This document shows, in pieces, positions 53,569-64,000 of a stretch of 64,000 nt of DNA. The translations under genes were made by a program, and so were the position numbers. Each line of letters begins with the position of its first letter. Within the stretch, counting starts at the first letter, position 1. The notes below the pieces were generated by a model, which did not search any database, had not been told where the DNA came from, and was given only the letters and a program-made list of their open reading frames with translations. This stretch comes from Neoechinorhynchus agilis (lineage: Eukaryota; Animalia; Acanthocephala). The stretch is from NCBI GenBank assembly GCA_051530055.1, contig CM121341.1:6240784-6304783 (forward strand), given 5' to 3'.

Positions 53569-55735
53569 TTGTGAACAGTTCAATGTTCAAACATCAATCA
53601 TTTTTATTCGAAACCTTAGATTACTTTTTGTTAAGATGTCCCCTTGATATAATTGAAGAAAATTTCTTATAACTTTACCATGCAACTTTGTCAATTGTGG
53701 CGCAATTCTGCGTTTAGTTGAAATTTAAACGTCTTTTACTATGTTCAGTGGATATGAGAGCAGCATACATTTAGCAAATCACATCTACTGAACTTTCTTA
53801 ATCGCTACCCGCGATCTCAATTAACTTTTACAATTAGTTGAGACCGCGATTCCTCCTACAATGTCGTAATGTTCTATGAATAAATTTCCTTTACTATACA
53901 AACTGTTTCTCAGGCCTAAAATTAGTGTTTGTCTTTAATTAAAGCAAATAGCTTGGGTGAATACTACTGGCTCGTTTTGCTGCAAAAAGTCCAATGCAGA
54001 TCAAAAGCAGTCCATATATTAGAAGTGTTTTTTTAGAAGTTTTCACTTGGTAAATAATTCTTTATTAAAGACGTTTCGAACCTCTTCGGGTTCCTTTTCT
54101 TTTTGTAAGGTCTTTAGCGTCGCATCAACAATTCACATAGTAGTCGTTTTTTTAAATAAGATTTATCAAAAATACTTGGTGCTGCGTGACATCAATGTAG
54201 TTTAAGCTGCAACAATTAACCAAAATTATTCACTGTTTATGCGAGATATTTCCGAAAAAACCTAAAAAAAATTCAAGACTACTGAAAATGTAAAATTATT
54301 ATGTTACAACCATGATTTTTGTTGCCGAAACGCAACAATTAAGAGAAAAGAAGTTTAAGCGATTATCGTTGTTCAAGTTTGATACAATCAATTTTTCTAA
54401 ACTTAAAGTTGTCGTTGATATTCCAGTCATTTACGTACAAACTAAACTTTTACGCTAATGAACTTTCAAACTCGTTACGCTCAGGAGTGATTAATGGCAT
54501 GAACAAATACTCAAATTTTTTTTCCTATAATTGCTTCTTTTTATTGATTGCAAAAAAACTCATTTTTGGAAAGACACTAAAATAGAATGCGAACCTCTAC
54601 GAACAATGCCCACTACCTCATTAACCTTGTCATGTCACGAGCCATCCAATCAAAATGCTGATATATTCTTCGCATTCCCCGTAACGAATCTTAACTCGCA
54701 CTAATGAATGCGACGCCAACGAAAATGATCACAACTTCTAGGAAATTCTAAAAAAACCCAAACAAGTTACTTTATTCGGTTTTTTGTCAATTGCTCTGGT
54801 CTAGCTTTCGTTGCTTATAAAAGTCATTTTAGCTTGTACACTAATAATCAAAAAATATCGAATAAAGCTGTTATAAGATTATAGTTCTGATGAGAATAAT
54901 CACGAAATTAACCAAGTTTCGCCATTAAATGGCTGCGATGACGACTTCATATTCATTCCAATGATCCAAGTCTGACGGAAATTTACGCATATTTGATCGA
55001 ATGCCGATGTACGATTTGAACGCAAGTTGAGAAGACTAATAAAAGCGTAATTAAAGTTTATTTAAGTTTTATCAGGAGTGAAAAGATTTTTATTCTTAGA
55101 ATGTCTCAGTACAACTCCTGAAAATTTCACCAATGATTACTCAGAAGATATTTTTCGCTGTAACGGCAAAAAACGTTATTTCAAAGTCGTTATATCTCTG
55201 ATGTTATTAATAAAGATTAGAATCAGAATAATTGTGCTTTATGCGGCTTTTTGCATTGCGGCCAAGTTTAGTGGAACGTAAATGTATTCGGTTTGTTAGC
55301 ATCATTGTAATTAAAAAATATTTAAATAAAATCATGGTTTTACGTTGCTTACAATTGTCTGTTGTGAAAAAAACAGTGACTTAATAAAAAATATTTTAGT
55401 TAAAATTGCAACCAAATTTTTTCTGGATCAGATAATCGAAAATATATCCTAACTAGTTTCGTCGAGCAAGTTGCGTGGTTTATTGCTAACAAATTCATCG
55501 CTTAATTAAGTAAAGAAAGTCTATCGTCTATTTAACAAACTAAAAGGAAAGATTGGCAATTAAAAATCGATTCCGTGCAATTGAAATATTTTTATTTTTG
55601 GAACACGCATCGCAAGAAAAGGAAATTATTGTTTGTTGGAATTAAATTCGGTGTTTTTATATTTTAACCGGGATAATATTGCAAGCGCGAGATAAATATA
55701 TTGTCTTCGACGGGGAAAGGATACTTTTTTTTTCT

Positions 55736-55868
55736 TAGTTTGCCACCCCGGATTTAGATTCATTCATTTAATTCCCCGACATTTCACAAGTTTTCTATAA
55801 ATATTAAGGAAGTTACAAGCAATGACAGTTAAGAAAATGTCGGATTTAAATCCGTGGTGGCAAAACTA
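55736..55868. repeat. MITE-like inverted repeat, arms about 24 bp
   Basis: TAGTTTGCCACCCCGGATTTA versus TAAATCCGTGGTGGCAAAACTA. Confidence 0.6.
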
Positions 55869-57205
55869 CCAAAGGAAAATATATTGGATTACCAAAAAAC
55901 AAGCAGCTTGCTTTTAGATCATTTGAGCAAAATTTCCTATTCCCTTTGGAATTCTCGAAAATTGTCAGCGATTAGCTGATCATTGGGTTATTTGCAACTT
56001 AAGATCCAGTGACTATCGGCAATTTCCAAATTATTTAGAAGTCAGAGTTATGTTATATTCCCAGCGGGAATTATTAGCGATTGTTGAAGGCGAAATTTCT
56101 CAAGACTAGCGTCTTCAAATCTGTAGAGGTGTCATCACTTCATAATTATAAATTCGGAATCATTGGTGTGAGTAAACGAACAACATTATCTACCCAGATC
56201 AAACAATCTTTAGAAAAACAAAGGACTTATTTACATTTTGCGACGTTATAGAGTTTGCAATTTCACTTGGGCACTTGAACGCGACTCTTCTTTTTTGGAT
56301 GCAATTTGGATGGATTTATTAAAGCGCATTTTCCACTTGAAGGTTAAAATGTAAAGAATAAACTAGAAATTAAGTGTTGGCGGATAGGATTGCTTACAAG
56401 TAGCGTTTGAGTCTATTTTTAGATTGGTTTAAATCGAGCAAGCTCATGTGAGTGTGAAATAGTCTAGTAGTATCATTAATTAAGTAGATGGTCGTCTATT
56501 TGAAGCTGGATGATTATTTCGGTAGATAGGGACTCATCGATTAAGTTCACAAGATTTTCCGCTTTCAGTAGTTTTAACGTGTGTGTGTGTATATATAAAA
56601 AAATTATTGTATAGCACAAGACTGTCGTTCTTTTCACGGGAATTTCCAGCTCATTGAGCTAGAAAATAGTCGACGCTTGGAAACATGTAATTAGTAGCGG
56701 CAGTATAGAACACGAGAGGGTTTCCGCTTGAGCGGCTACATCACCACGGCGAACCGCATTCGTGCGAAACTCGGTCTGTGATTGGCTACAAGTAGCGGAT
56801 GTGCGTCTTACAGACATTAGCATTTAGTGGAGAATAGAAGAGTGAAAGGGGGGGGAGTGGAATTTGTGTGTTTGAGAGCCTCCTCTCGGTTATAGAGTAA
56901 GCATTTCTTCTGGTTGGAAGGATACTAGACTCGAAGAAATGCATGCAAAAGTATAGAACCGTTAAATATTATATCCGACATGTTTTCTTTGATACCCTCA
57001 TGTTGCCCGAATATTTGTTGTCACTTCCTTGAGCTCTTGATGTGATCTTCTTTACCACAAGCTACTCTGATTATTATCACGTTTCATGCATTTTCTACTC
57101 CGCTAATAGAGCGCAAGAGTGGACGCGATCAAGTGAACGATTTCCTCTATTTGACTCAAACTTAATTTTAGATTTTGTTCTCCATTCAATCGAATAAATT
57201 TATAA

Positions 57206-59470
57206 ATGCCACATAAAGGTCACTTCTCTTTTTTTTGTCAAAATACATTCACAAAAACAACCAAACTTTTAGGTCACAGCGGAATTAACCAATTGGGTGG
57301 ATCATTCGTAAATGGACGGCCTCTCCCGGATCACACTCGACAACAGATTGTGCATCTTGCACATCAGGGAGCAAGACCTTGCGATATTTCAAGGACCCTT
57401 CAAGTCTCAAATGGATGTGTTAGTAAAATCTTGACGAGGTACTACGAGACAGGGACCATTAAACCTCGAGCAATCGGTGGGAGCAAACCTAGAGTTGCAA
57501 CTCCGGCTGTTGTCGCAAAAATTGAACAATACAAAAAAGAAAGTGCTTCGATCTTCGCGTGGGAGATCAGAGATAAACTACTTTCGGACAATGTCTGTAC
57601 CGCTGATAATATTCCAAGCGTAAGCATTTCCTTTCCCAATCAGACTTTAAATGGTTCATTAATTTTGTAGGTGTCGTCGATAAATCGAGTTTTGCGGAAC
57701 ATCGCCTCAAGATCATCGAGCGCCTCGATCAATGGGCACTTTGAACATTATAATAGTATAAATAATCTAACGGCGAATTATGCCACCGGGCAATGGACTT
57801 GGGAAAACCTCCATGCCCACCAATCAATGCAAAACCTTAGACGACAAAAATCAAGTAAGTCTTTTTTCGTCTTGTGAAGCGGAAATCAAAAACTAACCTC
57901 CTGGGTAAACACATACACAACCGCCTGAATAAATAACATCTCACATTCCTTTACTATTTTCTTAAAAGTCCGAACGCAAACGTAATCTGATGGCCCCACA
58001 GAAAAACCCAGATATGCTGTACTTTTTAACTTAACCGCGGTTTAATTATGAACCGGAACTAAATAAAATAAAAACTGGGACCACTTAACTTTTATGTCAA
58101 AAATTAACCGAGCTACTTGAGTTCCTCGTGCATTGTGTATCTGAAATTAAACTATTTGCGTTCATGCCGCCAAACTTCTTCTTTTTTGATTTAAATAACA
58201 CTGGTTTACTACTAAGAAAACCACGCCCTTTCGGTGTCATAAAACAATCATTCTCGTTATTTGCTCGACAATTTTAATGAATAAATCCATGGAGCCATAA
58301 TTACTAAAGGTGATAACAAATCATGAGAAAATTAAAAGCTAATTTTACGACCCTATTATTTGTATTTCTGTGTTATTTTAATTTTGTAATTTGGTCTTAG
58401 ACAAGAATATCGTTGTATGTTAATTTCAAAATTGAAATCTGAGAATTGGGCGGGTGCGTGTTCTTTAAATAGGCTGCTACTATATAGAGGTATTGAATTT
58501 TAATCTTTTCTAATTTAGGTGAAGATGAACCAGAAATAAAACGGATTAAAAATAATGATGTTGAAGATGGTGCAAATGATGACGGAGACGAGGATTCCGG
58601 CGAAGACGATGCTCAAGTACGATTACAGTTGAAGCGAAAATTGCAAAGAAATCGCACAGCTTTTACACAAGAGCAAATCGAGCAATTAGAAAAAGGTATT
58701 TGGTTTCGCATTAAAGTTTAGGTTGTTTAAAAATTTTTGTTTAGAATTTCAATTGACTCACTATCCAGACGTATTTGCGAGAGAGCGTTTGGCCGAACAG
58801 ATTTGCCTGCCGGAAGCTCGTATCCAGGTTTGGTTTTCAAATCGAAGAGCCAAATTCCGGCGAGAAGAAAAGCTGAAAGTTCAACAGCAACGTCCTGCGG
58901 CACAAATCGTAAATCAGGTTGCTCAACAAATGGAACAAATGCATACAAATAGCACTAGTGGATTTAATCCGTATCATCAGAACGTCTATCCTCCAATGGT
59001 AGCTGCAGCCAATGACACTTATATGTGAGAAACATTTGTGGTCAGCATACTTTAATCTCAAGTATTTAGGTCTCATTTTAATACAAATCTCGCAACTTTA
59101 CAGGCCGCTGCTCAGAATCATGCCATGTTTGCTAACCAGTACATGTTCCAATGTAAGAACAATTGTGAAAATGTTCCACAAGGTAACAACTCGTTGTTAG
59201 CAGCGGCAACTCAGCGAGGTTACGAAGGATTTGTTCGATCTTACAACACACAACCGGCACTTTATCCAGTTTATCAGAACGTTCAGACTGTGGTACACCA
59301 ACCAAGTCAACAAGGTTCGTTTTAAGCGAACCAAATTATTTCCACACCTTAATTTAGATTCGCATGAACAAAGTGCCGTAAATTCTAATTATCAGGCGCA
59401 GCAATACGTTACACCGACCTCGGTTCCAACGCAAATGACAAATTTCACCTATCCGAATTTATTTCAATAA
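57206..59470 (+). CDS. Pax6: Paired box protein Pax6 (paired domain, linker, homeodomain), about 7 exons
   Basis: MPHK|[10 protein letters not shown]...[12 protein letters not shown]...DNIPS|[10 protein letters not shown]; Pax6-specific [16 protein letters not shown]; homeodomain [13 protein letters not shown]...[21 protein letters not shown] with S50. Confidence 0.96.
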
Positions 59471-60041
59471 CTTAAATCTTTCGAGAGTAATCAATTTGGT
59501 GTGAAATTGAGAATAATGCGAGAATCAAATCGCAAATCGATGTACCCATGAGACCGCATTAAGTCCTTGAATTTCTGGAAAACTAGCGGTTTTGTAGACC
59601 ATACGGAAAATAAATTGTATGATATTAAGTTGTTTTTGTTTAAAAAATTTGCGGCGAACTTAAAAGGTGTGCAGCCAATCATAGAATAATTGGAAGCACA
59701 GCAAGGGTGTCGAACTACGTTGTGCGACCCTTTGATCAAAACTGACAATCATCAGTGTTGATAAATGCACTCAATGTACCTTACTGATTGTGTTAACTAA
59801 TCCACAATGAATATATTGAAGAGAAAAATTGTTCTTTTCATTATTAACTTCTACTGCGTGCTAGAGGATTAATTAATACTTTGTCGATATCTAAACGGAA
59901 TATATGCGCCGAGATATTTCGACAGCCCTATTAATCGCGACACGTTGTGCGAATGCCCACTAATCTACTAAATCAATTTTAAGCTTCAGTTCACTCGGAA
60001 GATAATAGTGTAATTTCATTAATGGAATGAAAGTTGCGTTT

Positions 60042-60580
60042 TTAAAGATTAACATTTCGCAGCATGGAATGGACGAGATTCTTGTAAACGTATTTTCCAT
60101 CTTGGCCGACCCTGCAGTTTTTCAACAAGCGGTCTACATCGCGTCCATCCAAACGCTCGCCAGTTCTAGTGAGAATGTGCCTTAAATCGCTCTCTGCGAT
60201 TCGTCCTGTGTTTTCGGTATCAAATGCCTTAAAAGCATCCATGATTTCGGATTCCGGATCTTCAAGACGACTGTGACCATTCACTATCTTCAGAAAATCG
60301 TCAAAATCGATTTTGCCAGAATCTGTAGAAAAGAACGTAAATTTTCCGATTTTAAAGTCTAATCAAATCTCACTCTTAGCGTACGTTTCGAAATACCGCT
60401 TTCCTTCATCTATGGTAGCCTTTAAATCTAGAGATCTACAGAAAATTCAATGCTTCAGGTGAAATATGCTACCGCCCCCAAGCATTGACTTTTACTTTAA
60501 GCATAAATGTCAGGCGTCCTGGGTTTCCGACTTGTCCATTTGGAGCGAATAAATCATAGCAACCTTTAACATCTTAAAAT
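60042..60580 (-). CDS. Calmodulin / myosin light chain-like EF-hand protein, multi-exon; first exon unresolved
   Basis: DVKGCYDLF, DSGKIDFDDFLKIV and ESEIMDAFKAFDTENTGRIAESDLRHILTRTGERLD..DVDRLL. Confidence 0.8.
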
Positions 60581-61210
60581 AAAATATTATTTTATTCGTG
60601 ACTTATGAGTAATATTAATTGCACAAAGAAAAACTAATTAAAACATATAACGTAATCATGAAAATTCGTTCGAGCATCAATGTGAAAATAATTCATGAAT
60701 TATTATGCCACAAAGATAATTGACCTTCTTATGATTGGCGTCTAGGACAAAATAATTACCGATTCAGCGTCAATGTTTCTATTGGCTGGATAGACCCAAT
60801 CAATACAATTTTAATTAATGGCTTTGTTTCACTTAATACACGTTTGATTTGTAAGACCAAATTACATTTGGCACTTCATTAATTTGGTCTCAAAAAAGGC
60901 GTTAAAAAAGAAGCTATTATCAATGAAAAAATAGATGCCAAAACTTTAAACAATTGTGTTATCTTTGAAACTCCTTTTAATTTAACAGTACCATTAATTA
61001 AACTCTATTGAGTACAAATGTTCATTATATACCAAATATTAATTGTGGATTCAAGGTACATTTTTTAAAATAATATCAAGAGATTCATGGAAGTGTAAAT
61101 TCTGATTAAAGCCAGTAGCTCAAACTACGCCGATGCGCTCACATACAAGGGCTCTTTATTAAGTTTGCGATTCGGTCACTCGAAGTCGTTGTAGACGGAT
61201 ACATTTCTGG

Positions 61211-62765
61211 AATTTTTATGGTTACAAAGCTTCATATCCGCGATAAATGATTTTTTCGATTAAAATGACGTTCTGGTAACCTCACCGTGGGTTCATCTCT
61301 TTAATCGAAAAAAATCATTTATCTCGGATGTGAAGACTTGTAACCGTAATAATTCTTCTAATTAAATAGCTCCCCGATATCTCCTCTTCGCATATCGACA
61401 GCCGACAAAATTAAATGCTGAAAGAGAAAATTAAGCTGATTGCCACAATTTACCCTTTCGAAATATTTCAATAATAATTTCGCAATACTTTGAATATTAG
61501 CGTTTTATATTTATAAATTCATTGTTTTGTTTGGCGTCGAGACACTCGGATCGTTTTTTTCCTCGGCGCAGGATCTGGTCAAGCAATTGTCTAAGAATTT
61601 TTATGGTTACAAAGCTTCACATCCGCGATAAATGATTTTTTCGATTAAAGACGTTCTGTGAACCTCACCGTGAGTTCATCTCTATAATCAAAGAAATCAT
61701 TTATCTCGGATGTGAAGACTTGTAACCGTAATAATTCTTCTAATTAAATAGCTCCCCGGTATCTCCTCTTCGCATATCGACAGCCGACAAAATTAAATGC
61801 TGAATGAGAAAATTAAGCTGATTGCCACAATTTACCCTTTCGAAATATTTCAATAATAATTTCACAATACTTTGAATATTAGCGTTTTATATTTATAAAT
61901 TCATTGTTTTGTTTGGCGTCGAGACACTCGGATCGTTTTTTTACCTCGGCGCAGGATCTGGTCAAGCAATTGTCTAAGAATTTTTATGGTTACAAAGCTT
62001 CACATCCGCGATAAATGATTTTTTCGATTAAAGACGTTCTGGGAACCTCACCGTGAGTTCATCTCTATAATCAAAGAAATCATTTATCTCGGATGTGAAG
62101 ACTTGTAACCGTAAATAATTCTTCTAATTAAATAGCCCCCCGGTATCTCCTCTTCGCATATCGACAGCCGACAAAATTAAATGCTGAATGAGAAAATTAA
62201 GCTGATTGCCACAATTTACCCTTTCGAAATATTTCAATAATAATTTCACAATACTTTGAATATTAGCGTTTTATATTTATAAATTCATTGTTTTGTTTGG
62301 CGTCGAGACACTCGGATCGTTTTTTTACCTCGGCGCAGGATCTGGTCAAGCAATTGTCTAAGAATTTTTATGGTTACAAAGCTTCACATCCGCGATAAAT
62401 GATTTTTTCGATTAAAAAGACGTTCTGGTAACCTCACCGTGAGTTCATCTCTATAATCAAAGAAATCATTTATCTCGGATGTGAAGACTTGTAACCGTAA
62501 ATAATTCTTCTAATTAAATAGCCCCCCCCGGTATCTCCTCTTCGCATATCGACAGCCGACAAAATTAAATGCTGAATGAGAAAATTAAGCTGATTGCCAC
62601 AATTTACCCTTTCGAAATATTTCAATAATAATTTCGCAATACTTTGAATATTAGCGTTTTATATTTATAAATTCATTGTTTTGTTTGGCGTCGGGACACT
62701 CGGGTCGTTTTGTATCTCGGTGCAGGACCTGGTCAAGCAATTGTCTAAGAATTTTTATGGTTACA
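61211..62765. repeat. Tandem array, unit about 385 bp, 4 copies, each with a 125-bp hairpin
   Basis: Anchor AATTTTTATGGTTACA at 61211, 61596, 61979, 62363 and 62750. Confidence 0.95.
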
Positions 62766-63174
62766 ATATCGCTTGATCGACTAATAGATCACATGAGAAT
62801 TATGGGAAATTAAAATAAAATATGGTGTTGCACGAGATGTTATTTTCAGAGCTTTTATAAAACTTATACGGGTTCATTGCAGTAAACTCAACTCTCATCA
62901 CAAGTGTTTTTTTGTGAATGTATCGGACTTGATGTTTTGAATTTGCGAGGAAATCTCGGCGAAACTGCATTCTCGACTAAACGCGAATTTCGAGGCTAAA
63001 TGGGAAAAGGCATTATTTCCCATTTTTTTCAGGACCCCTAAGAAGGAATAAAAGTCCGAGCGAACGGTTTTTAAATCGCTTCAATTGCTTAAATACATGC
63101 GGTTGAGAAATCAGTCTTGACATTCAAACCAACACTGTTTCTATTACTCAAAATGAACGAATATTTTTTCTTTT

Positions 63175-63333
63175 TTATTTGTTGATAGGAGAGATAAATG
63201 AAATTAAGATTTTATTGGATATTTCGATCCACTATCTCGGATCTTTTACAGGCAATCGCTGAAGAAGATCCGAGATAGTGGATCAAAATATCCAATAAAA
63301 CTCTTAATTTCATTTTCTCCTATCAACAAATAA
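63175..63333. repeat. Near-perfect palindrome, arms about 70-75 bp
   Basis: TTATTTGTTGATAGGAGA...GATCCACTATCTCGGATCTT versus AAGATCCGAGATAGTGGATC...TCTCCTATCAACAAATAA, only a few mismatches. Confidence 0.9.
63255..63299 (+). ncRNA. Minimal hammerhead ribozyme motif, probably inactive (G12 to A); mirrored copy on the minus strand
   Basis: CTGAAGA (63259-63265), A, stem II GATCC/GGATC, AAAA (GAAA in the mirrored copy), ATAT helix III, AUC triplet, stem I ATCG/CAAT, AATAAA. Confidence 0.6.
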
Positions 63334-64000
63334 CAATGAATTATCTTTTCAACAATATTTTTTGTGTCAAATCAACTTCTTACAAAACTCTTAAATCCAT
63401 TGTTCATAATTAGGAGATTTTTCAAATTATAAAGTATTTCGCTTTGGAAAATGCGAGATAACAAAATGTGAAGATTTTCAAAATGGTTTTTTAGTGATTC
63501 GTTATTTTTTTAGAGATATCTTTATCTTCTTTTTTTTTAAACAAGAGCATACATAATTTATAGTTTCATCAACACTCCTATTCATCGGCGCTGGCCAAAA
63601 TGCTATTGCCCCGCTGCACCGCAATGCTTATTTTTTGCGCCAAGAACGACATCGATCTTGGCTCTCCAGTCGCTGCGTAAATTCGTTTCCCCAAGCGGAT
63701 AAAATCGGGGCCATAAGTTGAATTTTGAAACCCCGGGATCATATTCGGTCAAAAGTCACAAAATCGAATTTCTCTTTCAAAAAAAAGAGAGTATTATGAG
63801 CAATTTTACCTGCACTTGCTTCCATTTTAGTTCAGTCTTACAAAGAAGAGATTCGTAGTTTTATTAAGGTTTCGACGCAACGTTCTTTTTGTATGTTGAT
63901 GATTAAATCCTCAACGAGAGCACTATGACTAACCTTTTCAGATTCACTTAACGTCTTCTCCTAGTTTACATAGCTAAAGTAATCGTTTTGAAACAGACTC

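Noticed and set aside
54061-54110. Minus-strand GAACC-hairpin-GGTTC-GAAAC-GTC-TTTAATAAA (and a similar half-motif near 63860-63890)
   Set aside because: It looks like a hammerhead 3' half, but no CUGANGA precedes the stem. Insufficient to call.

Overview
Eukaryotic (metazoan) genomic DNA. It is AT-rich and gene-dense, with very short spliceosomal GT-AG introns (those I resolved are about 43-54 nt). No prokaryotic features, rRNA, tRNA or CRISPR array were seen. Recognisable genes: a MATH-BTB (SPOP-like) protein, GTPBP2, a casein-kinase-1-family kinase, NSF, proteasome beta-2 (PSMB2), VPS13, a triple AT-hook protein, a PMP3/UPF0057 proteolipid, a p24/TMED, MAK16, a Gly/Pro-rich protein, an sFRP-like protein, Pax6 and a calmodulin/myosin-light-chain-like protein. 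The Gly/Pro-rich protein resembles a family I recall from rotifers, which suggests a gnathiferan/syndermatan host (inference). Repeats: two satellites with about 143 bp and 145 bp units, a 385-bp tandem array with a long hairpin in each unit, a decayed RLE-type (CRE-like) non-LTR element, decayed APE-type LINEs, a three-copy dispersed repeat and many short foldback elements. The most notable observation is that three sequence-unrelated foldback elements (about 4.4, 12.6 and 63.2 kb) each carry a minimal Penelope-type hammerhead ribozyme motif in one arm. Each motif has CUGANGA, stem II, GAAA, a zero-loop palindromic helix III and an AATAAA-like tail. The 145-bp satellite monomer also folds into a hammerhead-like three-way junction. 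All calls were made by eye; exon boundaries and repeat ends are approximate.
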